DNA of 64,000 bases from an uncultured Planctomycetaceae bacterium (GCA_963785305.1 CAWAUV010000001.1:1-64000), one strand, 5' to 3'. Positions 21,810-33,079 are shown, counted from the first letter of the stretch. Numbers and translations are program-made. Notes: generated by a model not told the origin, from the sequence alone.

Positions 21810-23204
21810 CTAGTGGAAGGTCGCGAGGAGAACAACCACGATGATGCCGCCCACGAGTGGCAACGCGACCCGTTTCGAGATTTCGAGCGGGTTGACGCCG
21901 GTGAGCGTCGAACTGACCAAATTCACCGCGGAGACCGGCGACATCGTGCGACCCGCGGCCGCGCCGAGCGACACGACCGCGCCCGTCCACACCGGATTGA
22001 TATGCAGATCCAGCGACGGGCCGACGAACAATGGAAACAAGCTCTGCGTGGCCGCGATTCCAGAACCGGCGACCGCGCCGAACCCCATCGGCGCCGCCGC
22101 GGCAACGGGCAAGAGCGCGCCGGGCCACGCGGCGATGAAACGGGCAAACACCTCGGCGACGCCGATCGACTTCACCGCCTCGCCAAAACAGTTGGCGGCG
22201 ACGATCAAGCTGATCACGTGCGTCAAGGACCAGCCCGTCCCCGTAAAAAAGGCTTTCGTGACGTTGGAAATCCGCGCGGGGGCCGAGGCGGCCGCCAACA
22301 CGACTCCAATGAGCATCGTCGCCCCGATCAGCCGCGCCTCGAAGTACTTGGCTTCCAATTTGTTGCCGGGATCCGCCACCAGCCAGTTCGTGGGAACCTT
22401 CCAAACATTGAGCGGTGGCGAAAGAGCGACGAGCAGCAGGATCGGGACAAACGGAATCACCGCTTTGGCATAATTGACGTTGAATTGCTCCGAAGTCGCG
22501 GGCGCGGCGCCTTCTTGCCTCGAGCGGTTGAGAACGAGGAAAATCGTCGTCGCGACCAACAAGTGCCACGGCAAAAGTCGGCTGACGGCGCCCGTGACCT
22601 CGACCGAGTCGGCATGCGCGTCGCTCGACTGCGTGGCTTCGACGATCGTTCGCAGTTCCGGCGCGCCTGGATTCAAGAGTTCGCCTCCGATCGAGCAGCC
22701 CAGCACCAGCGCGGAGCCAATGATCGCGCCGGGAATGCCGAGTTCCCGGCCCACGGGAACGAGCACCGTGCCCACCGCCGCCGCCGTCGCTCCTTGACTA
22801 ATCATGGGAATATTCACGATGGCGCCGGTGAGAATGACGCCGGGAATGAACAACGGTCGCGCGCTTTTGAAAGGGCGGATCAGCGCCTTCACGAGATGGG
22901 CATCGCATTGGGTCTCCGTCAACACATGCGCGAAACCCATCGAGAGGCATATCGGCAGCACGAAGCGTTCGTCGCAGAAGGTAACGAGAAACGTCCGCAC
23001 GAGCCGAATGAGCGGCGCGATGAGCAGCGCGAGGGCGTCGGTCGCCGAGAAGCCCGCGTCGCGCGCGTGCTCACACACATTGGACACGCCGGCAATAAGC
23101 GAAAGCACGATCGCGGCCCCCAGCACCGCGAGCCTGACATCGACATTGCGCGGAATGAACACCGCCGCCACGATAATGACACCCACGGCAATTGCAAATG
23201 CCAT
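21810..23204 (-). CDS. DcuC/TRAP-like C4-dicarboxylate transporter (IT superfamily)
   Basis: 464 aa, many TM segments; VDVRL, CDAHLV, SIGGELLNPGAPE, GSGIA, GRTMSPVSA. Confidence 0.8.
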   Translation of the reverse strand: MAFAIAVGVIIVAAVFIPRNVDVRLAVLGAAIVLSLIAGVSNVCEHARDAGFSATDALALLIAPLIRLVRTFLVTFCDERFVLPICLSMGFAHVLTETQCDAHLVKALIRPFKSARPLFIPGVILTGAIVNIPMISQGATAAAVGTVLVPVGRELGIPGAIIGSALVLGCSIGGELLNPGAPELRTIVEATQSSDAHADSVEVTGAVSRLLPWHLLVATTIFLVLNRSRQEGAAPATSEQFNVNYAKAVIPFVPILLLVALSPPLNVWKVPTNWLVADPGNKLEAKYFEARLIGATMLIGVVLAAASAPARISNVTKAFFTGTGWSLTHVISLIVAANCFGEAVKSIGVAEVFARFIAAWPGALLPVAAAAPMGFGAVAGSGIAATQSLFPLFVGPSLDLHINPVWTGAVVSLGAAAGRTMSPVSAVNLVSSTLTGVNPLEISKRVALPLVGGIIVVVLLATFH

Positions 23205-23235
23205 GCGCTGGATCGCTCCGGTCTCTGGATGTTGG

Positions 23236-24165
23236 TTATGTCACGAGGCCCTTGGTCACCAACATGAATACGTCTTCCAAGGTCGGTTCTTTTTCGGCGA
23301 ACGAACAGACGCGCACTCCCGGCGTCGCGAAGAGCAGGTGGGCCAGGGCCGCCACTTCGTCGTCTTCGGCGGCGAGCTCCACGTGCGCGTGGCGATCGAG
23401 CACTTCCACATTGCGGGTCGCCGGGAAACTCCGCAGCAGCGCCAAGCCGGTCTCCAGGCCCTCGATGAATCGCACTTCGATCAGCCGGTTGCCTCGGATG
23501 CGGCGATACACTTCCTGGATCGGTCCATGCATCAGGAGTTGGCCCCGCTCGATGATGCCGATCGAAGTGCAGCAGTCGGCCAGTTCGCTAAGGATATGGC
23601 TCGAAATGAGAATCGTCTTGCCCATGCGCCGAAGTTCCTTGAGCAGGGCTTTCACTTCGAGCCGCGCTCGGGGGTCGAGGCCGCTCGAAGGTTCGTCGAG
23701 GATCAGCACCGGCGGGTCATGCACCAAGGTCTTCGCCAGACAAAGCCGCTGCTTCATGCCGCGCGACAAACCATTGACGAAATCCTCTCGCTTGTGGGTC
23801 AAATCCAAGAGGTCGAGCACATCGCCGATCACGGCCTTGCGTCGCGAGCGCGGCACCTGATAGGCCACGGCGAAAAAGTCGAGAAACTCCCAGACTTTCA
23901 TGCCGTCGTACACGCCGAAATTGTCGGGCATGTAGCCAATGCTTCGCCGCACCGCCATCGGGTCGGCGGTCACGCTGTGGCCGTTCACGAGCCCATCGCC
24001 TTCGGTGGCCTTGAGCAGCGTGGCCAGAAAGCGAATCGAGGTGCTCTTGCCGGCGCCATTGGGGCCGATGAAGCCAAACAGTTCGCCGGGCTCGATTTTG
24101 AGATTCAAATGCTCGACCGCGGTGAAGTCGCCATAACGCTTCGTGAAGTTGATAAGCTCGATCAT
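23236..24165 (-). CDS. ABC transporter ATP-binding protein
   Basis: GPNGAGKST, LSRGMKQR, ILDEP, SSHIL, TLEDVF. Confidence 0.95.
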   Translation of the reverse strand: MIELINFTKRYGDFTAVEHLNLKIEPGELFGFIGPNGAGKSTSIRFLATLLKATEGDGLVNGHSVTADPMAVRRSIGYMPDNFGVYDGMKVWEFLDFFAVAYQVPRSRRKAVIGDVLDLLDLTHKREDFVNGLSRGMKQRLCLAKTLVHDPPVLILDEPSSGLDPRARLEVKALLKELRRMGKTILISSHILSELADCCTSIGIIERGQLLMHGPIQEVYRRIRGNRLIEVRFIEGLETGLALLRSFPATRNVEVLDRHAHVELAAEDDEVAALAHLLFATPGVRVCSFAEKEPTLEDVFMLVTKGLVT

Positions 24166-24237
24166 GAGCGATGCACTGTTCCTGCGTGGAGATGGATCGA
24201 CGACTCGCGAGGTGAATAGGCTTCCGGCCGCGGGCTT

Positions 24238-26897
24238 TCAGGGCACTGAATCCGGCGGCGGGGGGACATCGAGCGCCCGATCCGGGTCGCGCGGCGCGAG
24301 GGGATCGAAAATCCTTTCACTATCCGTCGGCCAAATATCGGGATGGATCGTTGCTTCGACTTCGCGAGCCAAATGCGCCACGACGAGCGCGGCGCGGCGA
24401 CGTTCGAGCGCCCGCGGCGAAATCGTGACTCCACTCGGGGTGTCGGTGGTCCAGCCAATGAGACGCACTTCGCCTGGAGCGATGTCACGCCTATCCTCGG
24501 CGATCGACACGAGCCCGCTCAAGTCCATCCCGAGATTCCGTTTTGCTTCACCACGAGCCGCGACTTCGACCGGGACGATATCGGCGCCGCTAGGCGGAAT
24601 CGGCCGGGCCGAGGCGTCGGTGGGCGCGTCGCTGGCGGGCGCGTTGTTCGTCGCCGGGGCCTGTCGCCACGCTCCCGCCATGATTCGCGCGCCCGGGAGC
24701 AGGTCGCCGATCCAAAATGTTTCAATCGATTTGTCGTCGGGCGCGAGTCGCAAAAGCCGCGCTCCCGAGATCGAGAGGCGGGTGGCGTTGACGAGCTCCG
24801 GCGGCCCCTGGTCGGGCACATTCCAGGCAATCGTTCCGCCGAGGTCGCGAAACTCCTCCGAGTGCACCATGCCGGTCGAATTGCTGCTGACATCGACCCC
24901 GCGAAGCCGCGGCGAACCCTCGACGCTAAAAAACAGTTGCCGCCGCGATTCGCCGGGCAAGAGCCGATAATCGGCGCGGCCAAAGGGCAGCGCCAGTGCC
25001 GAGGGCTCGTCGTAAGTGAGCGTGTACGATGTCGAGAGCGATGCATAGAGCGCGGTGTAGCGCGTGAGATGGGCGCGCGGATACCCGGCCTCGATCTCGA
25101 GGATCGCCAGCTCGGTGGAGCTGCGCGAAAAACCGATATCGAGTTGGGCCGCCCAGACCACGAGCGCCGCGCAGGAGAGCGAGATAATCGGCGCCGCGAT
25201 CCAGGCCCATTCCACGCGACGCAGGAGGCGAAACAATGCCCAATTCATCGGCACAAGCACCGCGAGATACGCCCCGAGCACCGCCAGCACGAACCGCCGG
25301 CTCGGAATCTTGACTCCCGCGCCTTCGCGCAACAGGCTCGCGCCGCGCTCGAGGCATCCCAAAAATCCTTCCAAGCCGCCGGGCCATACTCCTCGGGCTC
25401 GATATCCTGAACCGTGCCCAGGGCGCCAGCATTGAAAATCTGGGAATTCGTCTGACTGTTCGCGCGGCTCGCGATAAACGAATCGCGAGCCGCGTCGCGC
25501 GAGAAAAACCGCAGATGGGTCAAGCTTTCGCCGATCATGCCCCGGCCCTCCGGGCGTTCGCGATTCAAGAGATTCACCGATGCGACATTGCCAGGTTCTT
25601 CGGAAAAGCCGCGCACCGGCCCGCGCATCAGACATGAATTCAAGAACCCATCGAACCCGCGCCATTTGGCGATGCCGGGCTGGGCGAGCGAAAAACTCGC
25701 GACCAGCACGCGTCCCCGGCCCACGCGCCGCTCGGCGGCAAGCTCATCGGTGTCGGGCACGAAGCGTCCGCCTTCGAGCAGCCGCAGTTTCGCCCCGGGC
25801 CACGGCCGACTTGCCGCGAGCGCCGCGCCGTCTTTTTCCTTCCGCGATGGCGACCAGCGATCGTCGAGCGCCGCGAACCGATCGACCGGTATTTCCACGA
25901 GTTCGGAACTGTCGGCCGGAAGATAAGGTCGCAAAAAACCGTTGCCGAGTTGCTCGAGCGCCCGCGGACCGCTCACGATCAGATGTCCGCCCCAGTGGAG
26001 CCAGTCGACGAGCGCCTGTTGTTGTCGCTCGTCGAGCGCGGCGGCGGGCAGATCGTCCCACACGATAAATGCCAGCGTGGACCACATCAGCGCGTTGGCA
26101 GGCAGCGGGGCCCGGCTCCCGGCGGTCGGCGCCACGAGGCGATAGATATCGGTGTCGCCTCCCTGCGAGATCGCGATTAAAGGTGTTCGGATCGTGGGCA
26201 ACATCTGCAAATAGGCAAACCGTTCGGGCCGCTTGGTGAGCACCAGGAATTGAAACTGGTCGGTCAAGAGCGGCTGAAGCTCGTCGAGTTCTTGCTGCAC
26301 GCGAATGCCCGTCTCCGCGTCTTTCAATGTGCAATCCACCCAAGGACGCCGCGACGGACCCGCGAGCATGCGCGGCGTGAAGAAGGGAGCGACGAATGTC
26401 TTCTTCTGCGCCTTGGGCAGCACGGCCGGGCGCTCGATCGAGAGATAAAACGGCGTGCCCTCGACACCCAGCGGTTCGCGGGTTTGCCGGCAAGCCCCGA
26501 GCGTTAGCGCGCCCTGGAAGTCGAAATGATTGGCGGTCGTGGTGAGCGTGGCGTCGGTCCAGTGGCCGGCCTTCACGATATGCAAGCCATCTTCGCGACC
26601 GTGAAGCTGAAGCCGAAACTGCAAGCGACTGAAGTCGGGTTTGGGGCGCTTTGCGCCTGGGGGCAGATGCGCGCCCGGTCGGCCAGGAGCGCCCGGCGCC
26701 GCATTGGCCCCGGCGCCGGGCTCGTCGCTCGATTCCTCGACATCGCCCGGCGAGGGATCACGTCCCGAGTTCGCCGGCGCCTGACCTCGGGCCAGATGAA
26801 TATCAACGAACAACGCGCCCACGACGACGAGCGCAAGCCGGAGCGACGCCAACGCCGCGCCATTGCGCCGCCGCTGGCGATTCTCCCGGGACATTAG
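24238..26897 (-). CDS. Large secreted/membrane hypothetical protein preceding the ABC ATPase; frameshift near 25340
   Basis: ORFs 25245..26981 and 24238..25665 join. N-terminal signal/TM segment, a GATase-like segment (QQQALVDWLHWGGHLIVSG, VGRGRV) and two TMs (YLAVLVPMNW...EWAWIAAPII). Confidence 0.72.
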
Positions 26898-27062
26898 CGA
26901 CTCGAGCCGCCGTTGAATCCGGGGCCTCGGCGTTGATTGTGCGATCGTCATGGGGCGCCATCTCCAAATTGCTTCCTGCAATGTAGGATGGCGCCGCGCT
27001 CAAGGGAAGTGGGCGCTCGACGACCGAGCGAACCGCCGAACCGGCGTTGTCGGGCTAGGCTC

Positions 27063-28272
27063 TCAAAGATGCGCGAACGCCCCGACCGGCTCTTGCGCGA
27101 ACGGAGTTTGGAAGGGCCGCACATCGACGCCGTCGATGGCTGCAATCTGTTCGTCGAGCGCCAGCGCGAGGTCGATTTCTTCCAGCGACGGGTCGGGGAA
27201 CCGTTGGCCGTAAGGATCGCGAATGCCTTGCACTTTGGGGCGAAATGGATTTGCCGCGTTGAAATCCACGACCGCCGCCTCGACGCCGCTCGCGAGCGTG
27301 ACCACCTGCCCGATCGGAAAGGGCGGGATCACCTGATGAAATGCTTGCTCGACCACCGGGTCGAAGAACCCCACGCACTGGGTGCGCATTTCATAGAGCG
27401 CCTGCACCGGCAGCTTGGCTTCCGAGTAGCAACGGGCCGTGGTCGCGGCGTCGTACACATCGCACACCGTGGCGATGCGGCTAAAGATCGGAATCTGCTT
27501 GCCGCTGATCGGCGGCAGGATTTCGCCGGTGCGGCTATCGACGCGCGCCGGATAGCCGCCGCCGGCAAAGCGCTGATGATGATTGAGCACCACCTGCGAG
27601 GCCGCCGCCGGAACCCGGCCACGCACCATTTCATGGCCAAACACGGGATGCAGCTTCATCACCTCCATTTCCGGAGGCGAGAGCCGCTTGGGATTGTTGA
27701 GAATCTCGCTCGGAATGCGCATCTTGCCGACATCGTGCAGCAAGCAGCCGAGCCCCAAGTGTTGAAGGTCTTTCGCGTCCTTGGCGGTTTTGAAAATCCG
27801 TTCCTCGATCAGATAGCGCTCGAGCTTCATGCCGACCAAGAGCGCTAGATAGCACACATTGGTCGAATGGCTCATCAGGTAGTTGTCAAATGCGTCGAGC
27901 TTCTGCAATAGCACGTTGCCGCAGGAGCTTCCCTTGAGAAAGTCGAACAGCCCGGAGATCGACGACTGGAAATGGGTCACATCCAATTCGCCGGCGGCGT
28001 CGCCCATGATCGACTCGAAATTGCGGCGCACATGCTGATAGACTTCGCGCTGCCGATCGCCGAGCCCTTCGTCGATCACGGTTTCCAGAAATTCGAGATC
28101 GCGATTGCGCAACCCAAACCTCGACCACGCCCAGGCTCTTGAGCCGTGGAATCAGATCGAGCGGAATCTCGCGGTCGCGTTGGAGCAAAAACCGCCGCGG
28201 GTCTTGCGGCATGGCGATCGGCCGCGCGAGCGTCATGCCGGCCGTGATTTTGTGAACTGGAACCCGAAGCAT
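27063..28272 (-). CDS. HD-GYP domain cyclic-dinucleotide phosphodiesterase; frameshift near 28110
   Basis: HSTNV, LLHDVGK, HPVFG, HHQRFAGGGYP, RIATVCDVYDA. The N-terminus is in ORF 27886..28272 (GMTLARPI). Confidence 0.88.
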
Positions 28273-28547
28273 CGCACGTCCGCCGTAATGAACCGTGGGC
28301 TGTGGGAGAAACGAACCTATAGGAAGTCAGCACTCAACGCGTTGTTCGGCGGCCAGTGATCGGCCACCATGAGAAATCTAGCTTGAAAAGCGAGGCGGTT
28401 CAGACCGGGGTCCATCCCCGCGAGCCCAAAAAATTAGTCCCGTGGTCGCCCAAAGCGGGTTTTGCGGAAGTTCGGACGGAGGGATATGCGCGTTGCGCCG
28501 ATTTTGAGCCCCCCAGGGGAACAACTCGCGCGAGAGATATCCGCCCG

Positions 28548-29354
28548 CTAGGCTCGCGCCCGCGGCGTCGCCGGATCGCATTCCCCGCCCGGCGCCATGC
28601 CCAGCGCGATCGCATGGCGGCGGAAGAGCTCCAGCCCGCGGCGCTCCTCGGGGCCGAGATGGAAATGCAGATTGTCGGCAAGATACGCCAGGCACTGCGG
28701 GCGCGTGAGCCCGAGCGGCGCCGCCTCGCGATCCGCGATCTCGGCCAGATGCGCGAGGCCATGGTCACGGGCCGCCCGCAGTGCCGGCTCCACCTCGGCA
28801 AGCTCCACTCTCGGGCGAGCGGTCCACATGGCGAACACAAACGGCAGTCCGGCCCAGCGGCTCCATTCGTCGCCCAGGTCCCAAACCACCTCGAATCGCC
28901 CCGGCGGCGAGTGCATTGCCCGATCACCGATCAGGAGCACCGCGTCGCCCGGCGCTTCGGCGAGCGAGGCCGTGATCGGCAGCGATGCGATTTCCGGACG
29001 CACGCCGTGCCGCTCGAGCAACAAGATGCGGACCAGCGCCGCGCTGGTCCGCGAGCCTTCGTCGAGCGTCAGCGTGCGAATGCGCTCGATCGGCACGCGG
29101 CTGAACAGCTTGACGCTCAGCACCGGGCCGCGACAGGCGATGCATGCGTCGGAAACGATCTTGTAGTCGAGATTTTGAAACGACTCGACCGACGGAATCA
29201 GGGCCACGTCGAGCTTACCCCGGGCCAGATCATCGGCCAAGCGACTCGGCAAATCGAGCGAAAGGTCGATCTCGGGCGCCAGTTCCGCGAGATTCGAGAT
29301 CAGCGGCTTGGTATTGAGATAGTTGACGGCGCCGACGCGAATCTTTTTGACCAT
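28548..29354 (-). CDS. mqnA: Chorismate dehydratase of the futalosine menaquinone pathway
   Basis: RVGAVNYLNTKPL, GPVLSV, SRTS, LLIGDRA, DLGDEW..LPFVFAMW. Confidence 0.9.
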   Translation of the reverse strand: MVKKIRVGAVNYLNTKPLISNLAELAPEIDLSLDLPSRLADDLARGKLDVALIPSVESFQNLDYKIVSDACIACRGPVLSVKLFSRVPIERIRTLTLDEGSRTSAALVRILLLERHGVRPEIASLPITASLAEAPGDAVLLIGDRAMHSPPGRFEVVWDLGDEWSRWAGLPFVFAMWTARPRVELAEVEPALRAARDHGLAHLAEIADREAAPLGLTRPQCLAYLADNLHFHLGPEERRGLELFRRHAIALGMAPGGECDPATPRARA

Positions 29355-29547
29355 GAGGCTTGAACTCGGCAAGGGCCTGGGAGTCGCGAAACGCCCGTGG
29401 GCCGTGTTGTTCACGACGGTCGCGCTCGGGCCCCGCCGGCGAGGAATCGCGAGAGAATTATAGCGCCCTCGCCGCCCGCTCGAAAGGCCGCTCCACGATC
29501 CGTCGCCAAGGGCAGCGCCGCGGCTCGCGATTGGAAACTGAATTGCC

Positions 29548-29563
29548 TGGCAAGCCAGTTGCC
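29548..29563 (+). promoter_or_regulatory. Possible sigma-54 (-24/-12) promoter upstream of the SDR gene
   Basis: TGGCAAGCCAGTTGCC has GG-N10-GC spacing and lies about 240 nt before the SDR start. Confidence 0.3.
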
Positions 29564-29803
29564 CCGTTGGGGTGAGTCGGGCATACTAGGGCTCTTTGTG
29601 TTTTTGGTTCGGTTTTTTTGGTTCGGCGCCGTTGATCGGTCGCGAGGGTGGTTCGGTTTCGCTCGCGAGAGCGACGATATGAACCAGCAACCGTCGGTCG
29701 GGTTCACGACTTAACCGTTTCCGCCGCGAATTTCGCGGGGCGGAAGGGGACCGGCAAACGCGACACGCCGAATTCCTTTTTTCATCCACCTATTGAGATC
29801 GCA

Positions 29804-30594
29804 ATGAGTGAAATGCGTCTGAAAGACAAAGCAATCATCGTCACCGGCAGCACCACGGGAATTGGCGAGGCGATCGCGCGGCTGTGCGTGAGCCAGGCGC
29901 GCGGGTTCTGATTCACGGGCGAGACGCCAAACGCGGCCAAGAAGTCGTCGACTCGCTCCAGGGGCGGGCGGCGATGCATGTCGATGATCTCGGCAAGCCC
30001 GAGGCGGGCGGCCGACTCGTCGACGCCGCGCTCAAGGCGTTTGGCAAGATCGATTCCGTGGTCAACAACGCCGCCTATGTCGTGCGGAGCGATCTCGATT
30101 CGACCACGCTCGAATTGTTCGAGAAAGTAATGGCGATCAATGTGCGGGCGCCCATGCTGCTCATCAAAGCCGCGCTGCCCCACCTCAAACAAACCAAGGG
30201 CACGGTGCTCAATATCGGTTCGTTCAACGCCTACTGCGGCGAAAACAACCTACTGGCCTACAGCATTTCGAAGGGCGGGCTCATGACCATGTCGCGCAAT
30301 CTGGCCGACGCCCTCAGCCGGACCGGCGTGCGTGTGAATCACTTCAACGTCGGCTGGGTGCTCACGCCCAACGAGATCAATTACAAGATCGCCGACGGAA
30401 TGCCGCCCGACTGGTTCGACCATGTGGCGACCATCACCGCGCCGACCGGCCGCCTGATGACTCCGGATCAGATTGCGCAATCCGCGCTCTATTGGATTTC
30501 GCCGGAAGAAAGCCGACCGATCACCGGCAGCGTGATCGACCTAGAGCAGTATCCGGCGCTGGGACGGAATCCGTCGAAGGAGCTATTCGAGTAG
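29804..30594 (+). CDS. Short-chain dehydrogenase/reductase; frameshift near 29897
   Basis: TGSTTGIG, VNNAA, NIGS, YSISK. Confidence 0.9.
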
Positions 30595-30805
30595 GCGTCG
30601 CGGAATTGAACGATGTTCCGACGGCGGGCGTCGCTTTAGCCCGAGCTTTCTGTTCCGTTATAATTGTCGCGATGGCCGGCTTCTTGTTCCAGGCGCGCTA
30701 TAATTCCGCCGGTAGCCTCGCGTCTTCCCCCCGGAAGCCGAAGTGGGTGGGACATCGGACGTCGGCTGCGTGACTCGCACCTTCAAAACGACAGGAGCGC
30801 ATGCA

Positions 30806-31183
30806 ATGAGAACATCCGTTTTGGCTCTGCTGATCGCGTTCATCATGCTCGCGGCGTCGAGTTCCCCGGCACGCGCCCAAATGTGCGGCGGTCATGGGGG
30901 CTATGGCGGCTATGGCGGCTACAATTACGCCGGCTATGGCGGCTACAACAACTACGGCATCGCCTTGGGGTCCGGCTACGGCCTGGGCTACGGCGCGGGC
31001 GCTTATTACGGCGGCTACGGCGGCTACCCCTACTACAACGGCTCCTATTCCGCGGGCTACGGCGGCTACGGTGTATATGGCCCCGGCTATGGCGCCTACG
31101 GCGGCGGCTACGGCATGCCGTACTACGGCCCATTCGGCCTCTACGGCGGCTACGCGAATTTCGGCGGCGTCGGGTTTTATTAG
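30806..31183 (+). CDS. Secreted Gly/Tyr-rich low-complexity protein
   Basis: AGGAG ribosome-binding site, signal peptide ending ARA, mature part made of GGY/YGG repeats with consistent GGC/TAC codons. TATAAT boxes at 30659 and 30699. Confidence 0.8.
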   Translation: MRTSVLALLIAFIMLAASSSPARAQMCGGHGGYGGYGGYNYAGYGGYNNYGIALGSGYGLGYGAGAYYGGYGGYPYYNGSYSAGYGGYGVYGPGYGAYGGGYGMPYYGPFGLYGGYANFGGVGFY

Positions 31184-31198
31184 TGCCGGTCCGGCGAC

Positions 31199-31237
31199 TT
31201 CCGCTCTCCCCGTGATGGGAAAGGGTAAGGCGCGGGC
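31199..31237 (-). repeat. REP-like palindrome, copy 3
   Basis: The minus strand reads GCCCGCGCCTTACCCTTTCCCATCACGGGGAGAGCGG, between convergent genes. Confidence 0.5.
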
Positions 31238-31331
31238 TCCCCGAAGTTCTCGGATAGGCGCTTAATTGAAATCGACGGTTGGTCGGCGCGCGGCCGGTCG
31301 GCGGCCCAGGGGCGGCGAAGCGAGTCGGTCT

Positions 31332-32123
31332 TTATCGGGTCCCCGTGTCCGTGCGCGGGGGGCCGGCGTCGTAATTGTCCACGCCACTGGTGTCGAGCGG
31401 CCGGGCCATGTCCTCGCCGGCGTGGATCCAGATTTCGCCGAATAGCGCGCTTTGCTCGGCCCGCGCTCGGCTGCGACGCACCAACTCGAGCGTGGCCAAA
31501 AATAACCCCACGAGCCGCGATTTGTGCATGCCCGGCTCGAAGAGCTCGCCGAGCGCCACTTGCCCCCGGGCCACCAGAATCTCTTGGATGCGGCCCATAT
31601 AGACATGAATCGGAGTGTCGTCGTATACGATCGTCGAGGGTTGCACGGCGGCGTTGTCGCGCATTATGCGGCCGAAGGCGCTGACGAGGTCCCAGAGCTC
31701 GACTTCTTGCAACTCCTCGCTCGCCAGATCGCGCGTGCGGGGAGGCAGGTCGTTGGCTTGGCGGGCGAAGCGTTGCCGCCAAAGACGGCTTTTTTCGTCG
31801 AGCATGCTAGCCGCGTCTTTGAACTTCTTGTATTCGAGCAGCCGTTCGACGAGCTCGCGGCGCGGATCGGCGAGCTCTTCTTCATCTTCGCCGCAGCGCG
31901 GAAGCACGAGGCGCAACTTGATCTCGATGAGCGTGCTGGCCATCTCGACGAAATCGCCCACGGCGTTCACATCGACCTCGCGGAGCACTTCCAGATACGA
32001 GAGAAACTGCCGCGTGATCGGCGCAATCGGAATATCCACGATGTCTACTTCGTGCTTCCGCACCAAATAGAGCAGCAGGTCCAAGGGGCCGCGAAACACG
32101 GGCAGTTCAACGCGAAATTCCAT
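31332..32123 (-). CDS. scpA: Segregation and condensation protein A (kleisin)
   Basis: FRGPLDLLLYLV, IPIAPITRQFL, DPRRELVERLLEYKKFK, FLATLELV, QSALFGEI. Confidence 0.95.
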   Translation of the reverse strand: MEFRVELPVFRGPLDLLLYLVRKHEVDIVDIPIAPITRQFLSYLEVLREVDVNAVGDFVEMASTLIEIKLRLVLPRCGEDEEELADPRRELVERLLEYKKFKDAASMLDEKSRLWRQRFARQANDLPPRTRDLASEELQEVELWDLVSAFGRIMRDNAAVQPSTIVYDDTPIHVYMGRIQEILVARGQVALGELFEPGMHKSRLVGLFLATLELVRRSRARAEQSALFGEIWIHAGEDMARPLDTSGVDNYDAGPPRTDTGTR

Positions 32124-32218
32124 GCGGCTTCACTCGCGGCGATCACCCGACGGGGGGCATTAACACGACTCCGCGGAGCCTTCGCTGGCCGCGGCTGGCT
32201 CGACAACGCCGCGCGCTC

Positions 32219-32890
32219 TCAGCGGCGCGACGTGATTGCGTCCAATTGGCTCCGCAAAAGCAGCATGTCCTCGCGCACTTGGTCGATCTGCCATTGCATG
32301 CTTTCCCAGCGCGATCCCGTCTGGTCCACAAGCCCTGCCTTTGCGAGATTGAGCTGGGCCAGTTCGAGGGTGAGCCGGGTCTTCTCAAGCGCCACGGGAC
32401 TGATGGCGCCGGGTAGTTGATTGTTCGTGGCCAGGTTTTTGCGATACGCCACCTCGGCCGACTGCACCGCGAGCTCGGCGCTCAGGCGATTGGCGTCGGC
32501 CTGATTCCCATGTTTCTCGGCCCAATTGAGCCGCGATTGCGCCAGCGTGACAAGGCGCTGCAAACGATCGACCTCGGCCTGCGAGAAGGAACCGGGCACG
32601 CTTTGGTTGTACGATTGCGCGGTTTGCAGATTCAACTGGGCCAGCTTCAAATAGGTTTTGGCTGACTTGACCGTGAGCCGGGCAATTTCCTCGTCGCGCT
32701 TCTTTTCGGCGGCGGTTTCGGGTTCGCCATCGGGGTTGCCCGCATTGGGTTCGCCGGCGGTCGGACCGGAGCGGGGCTCCTGGGCCAAGGCGGCTCGCTC
32801 GGGCCCGCGGCGCGATTCGAGGGCGCCCCAAAAACCGATTCCGCAAATAAAACCGAACAATCCGATTGCAGCGGCGCTCTGGCGATTCAT
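32219..32890 (-). CDS. Secreted/anchored coiled-coil hypothetical protein
   Basis: N-terminal hydrophobic segment followed by a helical body with two similar segments (N..VPGSFSQAEV / N..LPGAISPVAL). Confidence 0.7.
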   Translation of the reverse strand: MNRQSAAAIGLFGFICGIGFWGALESRRGPERAALAQEPRSGPTAGEPNAGNPDGEPETAAEKKRDEEIARLTVKSAKTYLKLAQLNLQTAQSYNQSVPGSFSQAEVDRLQRLVTLAQSRLNWAEKHGNQADANRLSAELAVQSAEVAYRKNLATNNQLPGAISPVALEKTRLTLELAQLNLAKAGLVDQTGSRWESMQWQIDQVREDMLLLRSQLDAITSRR

Positions 32891-33079
32891 GGCAAAGTTC
32901 CCCGGCGATGTGATCCACGAACCGGGGCGCGACGGAGCGCGGCGGTTCCCCAGTTCCAATTGTCTGATTTATCGGAAGCGTTGCAAACGCAATCCACCAG
33001 GATTTTTACCGATCCCGCCGAGATTCCGGCTACTTGGGCCATGTCGCTGATTCGCGGTGCGAATAGTCCGATTTCGCGG

